In this document: positions 7,982 to 14,778 of the stretch, piece after piece
Layout: the number at the start of each line of letters is the position of its first letter
Position numbering within the stretch: position 1 is the stretch's first letter
Translations under genes and position numbers: made by a program
Virus record (IMG/VR): IMGVR_UViG_3300032435_000007
Source of the DNA: a virus
Reading direction: 5' to 3' (one strand)
Length of the DNA stretch: 62,752 bases
The notes under the pieces: model-generated
Database searches by the model: none
What the model saw: the letters and a program-made list of their open reading frames with translations, nothing else
What the model was told of the DNA's origin: nothing

Positions 7982-10482
7982 TAGTAATACCCTTTTCGTG
8001 AGCTTCTGCCCTTAAAGTACATCTGTTCTTCATCTTCGTCTAGTAGCGTAGTGACATAGCCACCCTGCCGGAACCGCATCATCGCCAAACTGAGGCTATC
8101 AACATAGTCATCATGGGAACCTGCGGGGAATTCTGCCACTTCGTCTATAACTTCTTCCGCCCAGTGTGTGTTGGGTGCCCACACCCGCCCGGAGGCAAAT
8201 ATATCGGCCACGGCGTTCAGGCGGGAAATCTTATCATTACCTCTGGTCGGGGTATACTCCTGCACCGGTAACCCCATAGCCCGAAGCTCGTATATGAGTG
8301 GCGCGCCCGAGGCTTTCTTCTCAATAATTACTCCATCAGGTTCCCAGTCATTATAATGTTGTATGGCAACCTGCTTCAGCCGCGGAAACTCCATCCGCTC
8401 CCGGAACGCATTCAGGAGGATAATGTTGGGCTGCTTGGTCCCTGTCTCGTCCTCCTTGTAGAACACACCCCACATTGTTAGCGCCGAATAGTCGGCACGC
8501 TGGGTCTTCTCGAACGCTGTGTCCCACGACTGGAGGGTGAACTCACAATGTGGCGGGTCATCATGGGGCCACTCCTGCCACCACTCCCGCTTGATAATAG
8601 CAGACTGGTCAGAAGTCGGGTTCTGCTGGTACTGCGCCATCCACTTGCTGTTGGGCAGTTCTGTCTTCAGTGCAGTCAATTCCTCCATAGGCCAAAATTC
8701 CGGCCACAGGGGCTTGCCTGACGGCATGATCGCAGGAAACTCTATAACCTCCCACTCATTACCTCCACGCTGGCTGGAGGACTTCAGCACCTGCCCTGTA
8801 AGGTCACGCTTACTCCAGCGGGTCATAACCACGACTATGGCCCCTCCCGGCTGGAGCCGCTGCCGCGGACCAGAGGTATACCACTCGTAGGTCTTGTCGT
8901 AGATATCCGGGTTTATTTCCGCTAGCGCCGCCTCTTGCTCGGAGTGCGGATCATCGATAATAAGTACATCTGCGCCCTTACCCGTAACGGCCCCGCCCAC
9001 ACCAATAGCGAAGTAGTCGCCGCCCTTGTTTGTCTGCCAGCGGCCAGCAGCCTTACTATCCGCCTGCAAGGCCACGCCGGGGAACAATTCATGGAATATA
9101 TCTGTATCGAACAGGTTACGCACTTTACGCCCGAAGCCAACGGCTAGCTCCGCGGTATGGGAAGTTTGAATAACCTTCTTCTGGGGGTATTTACCGAGGA
9201 ACCATGCGGGAAGAAGGTAGGAGGCGAACTCGGATTTTGTGTTATGGGTTACAACCCACCCACGGCCCGCCATAAACAAACCATCGGTGTTCTCCACCTC
9301 CAAGCACTGGACTATCCCCCGCCTAGTGGTCTTGCACACATCTATACTACGCCCCCAGTTACCCCGCATACTACGGCAGCGTTCCGCCTTGCGTGGAAGG
9401 CGCGCAGCGTTCTCCATCTTAAACATCAGCCGGAATGACGGTTGGCTCGGCTTCCCTTTGTAGCTAGTCTGGCGGCGCGTTTTGCGCGCCTTAACCCCTA
9501 GTCCATGCAGAAGGCATAGTGTGTCATCTATAAGCCGCTCGTTACTGTTATTGAAGGTTACCTTCCCTTCCTTGGTAACGTCACCGTCGGTGTCGATAAG
9601 CCCTTGGAGGAGCGCGGTGCGCTGTTCTACAGAAGCGCACAGGTACTCTTCTGGTATGTGTTTGTTGTGTAGGATACCCCGCTCACGTAGAACTTTATGG
9701 GTCCCCAACACATTAAACTGCTGGTATTTCGGGTTGTGTGTAGTTTGGTATCCCTCTGCCTCAACCTGCGCTCGCATAGCAGGCTGGTCGCCGCGCCCAC
9801 AGCCAATGGAAGCCCCGTACGTACTTCCATCCCCCAGCCATACACCTAGCATATAAGGTGTTAGGGGTAAGTCGTGCCTATGTGGGTACTTAGCGGCTTC
9901 CTGCGAGGGCAGTATTGGGAGGTTACCTGACTCGCGCCAACTCTCTGTCTCCAACTTATGAAGGATTTCTTGGGTAGAAAGCGTCTGATATGGCCTATCG
10001 TTCGACCCAAACCGCACCGTCCATAGGTGGGTAGCATCACAGGTTATTACCTGTCCATCACCCGTTTTGACTTCGTATAGGTCTTCCTCGTACTGGGCCG
10101 ACTTACCCATAACCCGCACAGGCGTGCCATCTGGGGCGAACACATAATCCCCTGTCTCTACAGTCTCGACAGTTTTCCATCCCGTAGTAGTGGGGATTTC
10201 TTCTTTTATATCAAGCCGATGGCGCGGTGGCATGTTGATTATTAAGCGCTTTAACGTCCCCGCAGCCACACGTTCAAACGCCTCGGCCATAATGGCATGG
10301 TGCCGCCCTGATATAAAAGTAGGCCATACTTCCCGCACGAACGGCATGAAGTGGTCCTGCGCAGCCTTGCGCTTCTTCAGGTTGTCCAGTTTTTCAAGTT
10401 CGGCAAGAAGAAGTTCCTGCTCCGCAGGGGACAGGAGCGGCAGTATCTTCGGGATATCTTCTATTTTGATTTCTTCAAACAT
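7981..10482 (-). CDS. terL: terminase large subunit, interrupted by an intein (precursor 833 aa)
   Basis: N-extein ends in the P-loop context LIINMPPRH. The C-extein resumes TKSEFASYLLPAWFLGKYP and continues through ATPase/nuclease-like sequence (VLIIDDPHSE, DDYVDS). Confidence 0.9.
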   Translation of the reverse strand: MFEEIKIEDIPKILPLLSPAEQELLLAELEKLDNLKKRKAAQDHFMPFVREVWPTFISGRHHAIMAEAFERVAAGTLKRLIINMPPRHRLDIKEEIPTTTGWKTVETVETGDYVFAPDGTPVRVMGKSAQYEEDLYEVKTGDGQVITCDATHLWTVRFGSNDRPYQTLSTQEILHKLETESWRESGNLPILPSQEAAKYPHRHDLPLTPYMLGVWLGDGSTYGASIGCGRGDQPAMRAQVEAEGYQTTHNPKYQQFNVLGTHKVLRERGILHNKHIPEEYLCASVEQRTALLQGLIDTDGDVTKEGKVTFNNSNERLIDDTLCLLHGLGVKARKTRRQTSYKGKPSQPSFRLMFKMENAARLPRKAERCRSMRGNWGRSIDVCKTTRRGIVQCLEVENTDGLFMAGRGWVVTHNTKSEFASYLLPAWFLGKYPQKKVIQTSHTAELAVGFGRKVRNLFDTDIFHELFPGVALQADSKAAGRWQTNKGGDYFAIGVGGAVTGKGADVLIIDDPHSEQEAALAEINPDIYDKTYEWYTSGPRQRLQPGGAIVVVMTRWSKRDLTGQVLKSSSQRGGNEWEVIEFPAIMPSGKPLWPEFWPMEELTALKTELPNSKWMAQYQQNPTSDQSAIIKREWWQEWPHDDPPHCEFTLQSWDTAFEKTQRADYSALTMWGVFYKEDETGTKQPNIILLNAFRERMEFPRLKQVAIQHYNDWEPDGVIIEKKASGAPLIYELRAMGLPVQEYTPTRGNDKISRLNAVADIFASGRVWAPNTHWAEEVIDEVAEFPAGSHDDYVDSLSLAMMRFRQGGYVTTLLDEDEEQMYFKGRSSRKGYY
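9241..10218 (-). mobile_element. intein (about 326 aa, residues 89-414) with a LAGLIDADG homing endonuclease; class 3 (WCT) signature
   Basis: Hint block A RLDIKEEIPTTTGWKTVETVETGDYV. Block B DATHLW. LAGLIDADG motifs LGVWLGDGS and LQGLIDTDGD. Block F VQCLEVENTDGLF. Block G VVTHN followed by Thr+1. Confidence 0.8.
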
Positions 10483-11146
10483 CAGCAGGGGGTGCTTCTT
10501 CTGCTTCTATCTCTTCAAAATCCCCTTCGGGGATGTTATTCTTCTCTCTTCTTTCCCTTACCCCTGCGAATAGGTCATCTACTGTGTCCGCTAGGGGTGG
10601 GCCTTCCAACAGTTGTGCATTCAACAGGCGTTTTACTCTGTCTTTAATTGCTTTTTCCAGCGCTTCTGGGGAGTTATAGTTGATATTTATTTCTGATCTT
10701 TCTGTAAACATCCCGATATCACTATGTTTACCGAGTAATTCGATAGCCTTTAGTTCTATCTTGGCGTCCCCATGGTCTGCTAGCTCCAGAAGCTTGTTTG
10801 TCAACGCGGAGCGTATGCGCGCGTGATCCATAGCCAGACCGGAAGAATAGTTCCGCATGAATTCCTGCGCGCTGCGCGCACCTATATTAGACTGTAAGGC
10901 CTTGGCGTTACCACTGGCCGCTTGTTTCAGCAGCTTTTTAAGCGCGGTTTCGTCTTTTTCGTCGTCTAGTTCAGGGAGGTTTATACTGTCGTCCGCACCA
11001 AGTTCATCAAGCAGGTCAGCGGTACTTGCAGTGATCTTCAGATCATCCAACTTTGTCTTCGGTTCTTCATCCGATAGGTCATAGGGGATCGGGTGTTCTT
11101 CGCTTGGTTCGAGAAGTATTGTTTTTGTAGGTTGCGCTTCGCTCAT
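10475..11146 (-). CDS. terS: putative terminase small subunit (223 aa from ATG 11146; the ORF extends to 11197)
   Basis: First gene of the late strand and overlaps the terL start. AGGGGA sits 9 nt upstream of ATG 11146. Acidic N-terminus with a helical core. The function is positional. Confidence 0.5.
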   Translation of the reverse strand: MSEAQPTKTILLEPSEEHPIPYDLSDEEPKTKLDDLKITASTADLLDELGADDSINLPELDDEKDETALKKLLKQAASGNAKALQSNIGARSAQEFMRNYSSGLAMDHARIRSALTNKLLELADHGDAKIELKAIELLGKHSDIGMFTERSEININYNSPEALEKAIKDRVKRLLNAQLLEGPPLADTVDDLFAGVRERREKNNIPEGDFEEIEAEEAPPADV

Positions 11147-11168
11147 GGGTCTTGTCCCCTTTGTAGTG

Positions 11169-11197
11169 CCTATATATTTTTTCTTTCTCCTGCGCAA
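11169..11197 (-). promoter_or_regulatory. candidate sigma70-like promoter for the late (minus-strand) operon
   Basis: Minus strand reads TTGCGC, then 15-17 nt, then TATATAGG, about 25 nt upstream of the terS ATG. Weak match. Confidence 0.3.
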
Positions 11198-11312
11198 GTA
11201 GGGTTACCCTTCTCCAAAATTTTGCGAAAAATTTTTATGGGTTTTCGTTTGAAAACATGGCGGGGGGGTCTGGAGAATAGGCCCCTACCCCTCGTAACTC
11301 CTCGTTTTCTCT

Positions 11313-11421
11313 AAATATGGAGAACAAACCTCCAAATATGGAGAACAAACCTCCAAATATGGAGAACAAACCTCCAAATATGGAGAACAAACCTCCAAAT
11401 ATGGAGAACAAACCTCCAAAT
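11313..11421. repeat. perfect tandem array: 21-bp unit AAATATGGAGAACAAACCTCC, 5.2 copies (iteron-like)
   Basis: Read directly. Copies start at 11313, 11334, 11355, 11376 and 11397. Each unit contains a GGAG..CTCC inverted pair. Confidence 0.95.
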
Positions 11422-11534
11422 TTCAAAAATTACCCATCGGGTGTGCTTAATAGTAATGAAGGGGGGCGGTAACATTTTCTCTGTGTCGGGGGATAGGGGG
11501 GAGGTACGGTGCGCGCGTCTAACAACGTTACCTC

Positions 11535-11562
11535 TTGGCGCTCCGTTTCCATGTGCTACATA
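11535..11562 (+). promoter_or_regulatory. sigma70-like early promoter P1
   Basis: TTGGCG, 16 nt, then TGTGCTACATAA (extended -10). The -10 block TGTGCTACAT(A/T)A is shared with 13365.. and 15994... Confidence 0.55.
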
Positions 11563-11614
11563 ATAAGGGCGTTAGCAATTCTGCTAGCGTATACTTAACT
11601 AGGAATATTTACTT

Positions 11615-12235
11615 ATGGCCAACACAACAGAGACAACTAAGCCAGCCCGCAAGCCAGCCGCTAAGTCAGCCAGCCAGATATTGGCAGCTAGTCGCGTCAA
11701 GGCCAAAGCAAAAGAGGATGCGCGCCAAGCTAAAGCCATTGCCACTATCGCCAATGGTGCCCGCAAGGCGGCAGAAACTAAGCCATTGCCAGCCTTGCGT
11801 ATGGCATTTGTCACGGCGGTTATGTCAGGGGATGGAAAAACATTAGCCTATGCGAATAGCCTTACCATCCAGTTTGGGAAGGGATGGGAGAAGATTAAGC
11901 TGGCTGGACCTTGCACCCCAAATGAAAAGAAAGTTAGGGAGGCAATCAAAGTAGAGCAAAGTGTTCTATATGCTATGCTAAAGGGTAAGGGGCATTCAAA
12001 CCCTAGCGTTGTCTGGGGACGGATGAAGCTGGCTGCTGCTGCCCCTGCTAAGAAAGGTGCAAGAGCCAATGCGCCTAGAGCGATTGATGCAAGGCAGAAA
12101 GATGAATTAAGTAAGCTTTACAAGGCTTTCTTCACCGCCGATGATTGCAATAGCGACGCTTGCAAGGCTAACCTTGCGATTGCCGCTATCTTACTTGACG
12201 TGTTCAAGGTGGATATTGGCTCGCTCAAGTCTTAA
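11615..12235 (+). CDS. hypothetical basic Ala/Lys-rich early protein (206 aa)
   Basis: First plus-strand ORF downstream of P1. Followed by an intrinsic terminator. Confidence 0.7.
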   Translation: MANTTETTKPARKPAAKSASQILAASRVKAKAKEDARQAKAIATIANGARKAAETKPLPALRMAFVTAVMSGDGKTLAYANSLTIQFGKGWEKIKLAGPCTPNEKKVREAIKVEQSVLYAMLKGKGHSNPSVVWGRMKLAAAAPAKKGARANAPRAIDARQKDELSKLYKAFFTADDCNSDACKANLAIAAILLDVFKVDIGSLKS

Positions 12236-12243
12236 CTTCCCCG

Positions 12244-12276
12244 ATAGGCAGCCAGCAATGGCTGCCTATTTTTTTG
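12244..12276 (+). terminator. rho-independent terminator
   Basis: ATAGGCAGCC-agcaa-TGGCTGCCTAT followed by TTTTTTT. Confidence 0.85.
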
Positions 12277-12283
12277 CCTGCGG

Positions 12284-12328
12284 CGTTTATGAGAGTGACT
12301 CTATAGTGAGGGGACCAAGCCCGCACGC
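12284..12328. repeat. copy 1 of a 45-bp direct repeat (CGTTTATGAGAGTGACTCTATAGTGAGGGGACCAAGCsCGCACGC)
   Basis: Identical except one base to 12383..12427 (99-bp period). The reverse complement contains CTCACTATAG. Confidence 0.9.
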
Positions 12329-12366
12329 GCCGCGCCCGCGTCCACCACCCTGCTAGCTGCGCAGGG

Positions 12367-12379
12367 ATAACATTGTTAG
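12367..12379. promoter_or_regulatory. palindromic early-region motif (ATAACATTGTTAG)
   Basis: Perfect 11-bp core TAACAWTGTTA, preceded by TAGCTGCGCAG as at 12466. Confidence 0.7.
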
Positions 12380-12382
12380 CCC

Positions 12383-12427
12383 CGTTTATGAGAGTGACTC
12401 TATAGTGAGGGGACCAAGCGCGCACGC
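12383..12427. repeat. copy 2 of the 45-bp direct repeat
   Basis: See 12284..12328. Confidence 0.9.
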
Positions 12428-12435
12428 CGAGGGAT

Positions 12436-12460
12436 TAAAAACAGGACGCGTTTGTCCTGT
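12436..12460 (-). terminator. rho-independent terminator of the minus-strand RHH gene
   Basis: Minus strand reads ACAGGAC-aaacgc-GTCCTGT followed by TTTT, 30 nt after the stop at 12491. Confidence 0.6.
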
Positions 12461-12476
12461 CATTAGCTGCGCAGCC

Positions 12477-12489
12477 CTAACAATGTTAG
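12477..12489. promoter_or_regulatory. palindromic early-region motif (CTAACAATGTTAG)
   Basis: Perfect 13-bp palindrome directly abutting the stop codon of the RHH gene. Confidence 0.7.
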
Positions 12490-12490
12490 C

Positions 12491-12895
12491 TTATTCAGGC
12501 TCCTCGTTTGCCTCTGCCCAAGTCATCTGTTCCTTCTGCTTCTTTACTGGCATACCTGCCATTGGGTCTTCAGGTGGCTCGGGTAGATCATCATCATCCC
12601 AGTCAAGGATTGCTTGTACGTCGGGGTGGACTTTTGGGGGTTTTTGGGTGTTTTCATGTACGACATTTGCCTTACTTTTGTATGTGCTTTCACCTACATT
12701 TGTTGTATCTTTCTCTACGTCTTCTATGAGAAAAATACGTCTAAAATGGTCCTGTATGAGAAGTCGAAGACAAGATGCCATAGTCCTATCGTCGTTCTCT
12801 GCTATACGTTTCAGTAGTGTTCTCGTACCAACCGATGCACGTATAGTACAGAACTCTATGTCAGTTGTAGGATTAGTCTCGTCGAGGTGTCCCAT
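12491..12895 (-). CDS. ribbon-helix-helix (Arc/CopG/MetJ-type) DNA-binding protein with an acidic tail (134 aa from ATG 12895; a GTG at 12919 is possible)
   Basis: FCTIRASVGTRTLLKRIAENDDRTMASCLRLLIQDHF fits a strand-helix-helix pattern. It is the only minus-strand gene inside the early arm. GAAAGGA RBS precedes ATG 12895. Confidence 0.6.
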   Translation of the reverse strand: MGHLDETNPTTDIEFCTIRASVGTRTLLKRIAENDDRTMASCLRLLIQDHFRRIFLIEDVEKDTTNVGESTYKSKANVVHENTQKPPKVHPDVQAILDWDDDDLPEPPEDPMAGMPVKKQKEQMTWAEANEEPE

Positions 12896-12923
12896 AGTTG
12901 TGTCCTTTCTGTATGACACCTAT

Positions 12924-12952
12924 GGTATACACTCGTATACATCTCGGGTCAA
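12924..12952 (-). promoter_or_regulatory. sigma70-like promoter of the RHH gene with an embedded GTATAC-N4-GTATAC repeat
   Basis: Minus strand reads TTGACC, 17 nt, TATACC. The spacer and -10 carry GTATAC twice (12925-12930 and 12935-12940). Confidence 0.5.
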
Positions 12953-12982
12953 CCTGTCGTATATCATGCATCACTTTCGTAT

Positions 12983-13286
12983 ATTGTAAGAAAAACACCC
13001 CCTATTGTAATGAAGGTTGTAAGAAAATAAATGGCAGTTTTCCGGGCATTGTAAGCCATGTAATATTGTAATGGAGGTTTTTGGTTGAATTCCAGATCGC
13101 GTCCTCTCCAGCATATGCACTTTTCCCGCATCACGCCACCAACCCAAAAACTGCTCCATAATCTTAAAAACTCATTACATTATTACAATACCTTACTTTT
13201 TCCTCGCAACGCCTACGCCATCTGCCGTTTCTATTGTAAGAAAACCCCTTTTTCAATTTTCTTACAACCCATTACAATATTACAAT
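12983..13286. repeat. cluster of at least 10 copies of the heptamer ATTGTAA/TTACAAT in an AT-rich non-coding region
   Basis: Forward copies at 12983, 13004, 13016 (GTTGTAA), 13048, 13065 and 13233. Reverse copies at 13183, 13272 and 13280, plus near-copies at 13175 and 13262. An 11-bp inverted repeat TTGTAAGAAAA/TTTTCTTACAA lies at 13234-13244 and 13257-13267. Confidence 0.85.
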
Positions 13287-13364
13287 GTGTCACGTTAACT
13301 ACACCCCCTTATGACAGTGCTTTTCCCTCCTCCAGTATGCTTCTCACCGACCCATCCACCCCTA

Positions 13365-13393
13365 TTGAAGTAACCACAATAATGTGCTACATT
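13365..13393 (+). promoter_or_regulatory. sigma70-like early promoter P2
   Basis: CCACCCCTATTGAAG (-35 TTGAAG), 17 nt, TGTGCTACATTA. A 39-bp near-identical copy lies at 15986-16024. Confidence 0.6.
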
Positions 13394-13462
13394 AAAAGAA
13401 AAAATGGAGATCAAGAGAATAAAACGAGCCAAGACGCACCCGCAGAAACCACACTAACCAAC

Positions 13463-13475
13463 CTAACATTGTTAG
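13463..13475. promoter_or_regulatory. palindromic early-region motif (CTAACATTGTTAG; extends to the 15-bp CCTAACATTGTTAGG)
   Basis: 31 nt upstream of ATG 13507, in the predicted 5' UTR from P2. Confidence 0.75.
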
Positions 13476-13506
13476 GCCCAACCACAGGAAAGAAGGAAAT
13501 CATATT

Positions 13507-13773
13507 ATGACCCGCTCAGAACGCATCGCATACAACACCCACCGGATGAACAAAGTGAACGAACACACCCCCATCCTTATCAAGGGCCGCACTGACTACT
13601 ACTCTGGCTGCCATGCAGGGCGCGTGGCGGCGCGCAACCCTAACGTCGTTAGGAAGCCTATCTTTGCCCATTCCTGCCCCAAGGATTATATCCGTGGGTT
13701 TCACAAGCACTGGTTCGCTAACCGTACCATCAACATAACCATGAGCCAGCATGGCCCAAGCAACGCGTACTAG
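13507..13773 (+). CDS. hypothetical early protein (88 aa)
   Basis: ORF with an AAGGAA RBS region. No motif recognised. Confidence 0.6.
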   Translation: MTRSERIAYNTHRMNKVNEHTPILIKGRTDYYSGCHAGRVAARNPNVVRKPIFAHSCPKDYIRGFHKHWFANRTINITMSQHGPSNAY

Positions 13774-13782
13774 AGAAAGGAA

Positions 13783-13795
13783 ATAACAATGTTAG
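13783..13795. promoter_or_regulatory. palindromic early-region motif (ATAACAATGTTAG)
   Basis: The 3' end runs into the AGGAG Shine-Dalgarno sequence, 11 nt upstream of ATG 13807. Confidence 0.75.
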
Positions 13796-13806
13796 GAGCA
13801 AATAGC

Positions 13807-14016
13807 ATGATTAGCCTCGTAGGACGCCGTACAGGCCCACCACTCACTACCCCTGCCCAACTACCCGATAAGGTGTTTATCGCACCCCAAGGACTATCTT
13901 GGAGCATTTACGCCCTATACGGCGAGGAAGTTCTCACTCACCAAGGGTTATCTCTGGAAGATGCAACCGACTTCGCTGTCGAGGTGCTGCACACACCGAA
14001 GGAGTTACTTTCATGA
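13807..14016 (+). CDS. hypothetical early protein (69 aa)
   Basis: ATG 13807 lies downstream of AGGAG. The ORF-track start at 13789 lies inside the palindrome. Confidence 0.55.
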   Translation: MISLVGRRTGPPLTTPAQLPDKVFIAPQGLSWSIYALYGEEVLTHQGLSLEDATDFAVEVLHTPKELLS

Positions 14017-14047
14017 TTAGGAAGGAAGGACAACAGAAGCAGCAGAA

Positions 14048-14060
14048 GTAACATTGTTAG
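14048..14060. promoter_or_regulatory. palindromic early-region motif (GTAACATTGTTAG)
   Basis: 10 nt upstream of ATG 14071. The 20-bp context GCAGAAGTAACATTGTTAGG is repeated at 15181. Confidence 0.75.
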
Positions 14061-14070
14061 GGGAAAGATC

Positions 14071-14520
14071 ATGAGCAAGGAAGAAAAACAAGTATCAATC
14101 ATCGAACGGAAACAACTGCATATACACATATCGCGGGATAGCCTCTTGCATACCTGCTTACATGTAGACTGTTTCAAGGACGCGCTCACGAGGGTGGGCG
14201 TCTGGCGCGAGGGTGGGCCTCTAGGGGGATATACAGACATAATATTATGTGACGACCATTTTGCGCTTATGGTTGTAGCCCTGCGGGAGTTTGGCTTCAA
14301 ATATAAGAGCAAGGACAAGAAAGAGGTGCGCATAGTCCGTGCACCCATAACCCATGAAGATTGGTCGTGTACGGGGTGCATAGCCAGCCCCGCCAAGTGG
14401 CACCTGAAGCTAACTGCTCCCGAAGTAACCATAGCTAACGTATGTTCGCCATGTCTAAACAAACTACGCGAACGCTGTGCGGCGCAAGGTATGCGTACGC
14501 CGGAGGAGTTACTCTTGTAA
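14071..14520 (+). CDS. hypothetical Cys-rich early protein (149 aa), possible C-terminal zinc ribbon
   Basis: CTGC..(21 aa)..CSPC pair near the C-terminus. Confidence 0.6.
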   Translation: MSKEEKQVSIIERKQLHIHISRDSLLHTCLHVDCFKDALTRVGVWREGGPLGGYTDIILCDDHFALMVVALREFGFKYKSKDKKEVRIVRAPITHEDWSCTGCIASPAKWHLKLTAPEVTIANVCSPCLNKLRERCAAQGMRTPEELLL

Positions 14521-14531
14521 AGGAAGCACTT

Positions 14532-14738
14532 ATGCAAATACACGTAATACCAAAGCTAGTGTCTAATTCGCAGACCCCTGTGACTCTAACTAACGTTAGC
14601 AACGGCTACGGCTACGGCGAAGGCTACGGCGACGGCGAAGGCTACGGCGACGGCTACGGCGACGGCGAAGGCTACGGCGACGGCGAAGGCGAAGGCGAAG
14701 GCTACGGCGAAGGCGAAGGCGAAGGCTACGGTGGATAG
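14532..14738 (+). CDS. small protein (68 aa) with an acidic Gly/Tyr low-complexity tail (GYG[DE]GE repeats)
   Basis: AAGGAAG RBS 6 nt upstream of ATG 14532. The N-terminal 24 aa are followed by GYGYGEGYGDGEGYGDGYGDGEGYGDGEGEGEGYGEGEGEGYGG. Confidence 0.55.
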   Translation: MQIHVIPKLVSNSQTPVTLTNVSNGYGYGEGYGDGEGYGDGYGDGEGYGDGEGEGEGYGEGEGEGYGG

Positions 14739-14778
14739 AAATTTTACTACGTGCCTACCAAACCAAAAGGAATATAAA

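Noticed and set aside
11235-11426. 63-aa minus-strand ORF (FGGLFSI x5) over the 21-bp tandem array; I also considered a CRISPR array
   Set aside because: The peptide periodicity is just the translated DNA repeat. There is no RBS and the ORF sits between divergent promoters. The repeats are directly abutting with no spacers, so this is not a CRISPR array.
12491-12895. The RHH gene as evidence for lysogeny (a CI-like repressor)
   Set aside because: No integrase, excisionase, attP-like site or partition genes were seen. The RHH protein is more simply a lytic-cycle regulator.
13085-13510. 141-aa plus-strand ORF in the AT-rich gap
   Set aside because: It spans promoter P2 and the heptamer cluster. 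Its composition is low-complexity, it has no RBS, and its end overlaps the well-supported start at 13507. I treat it as non-coding.
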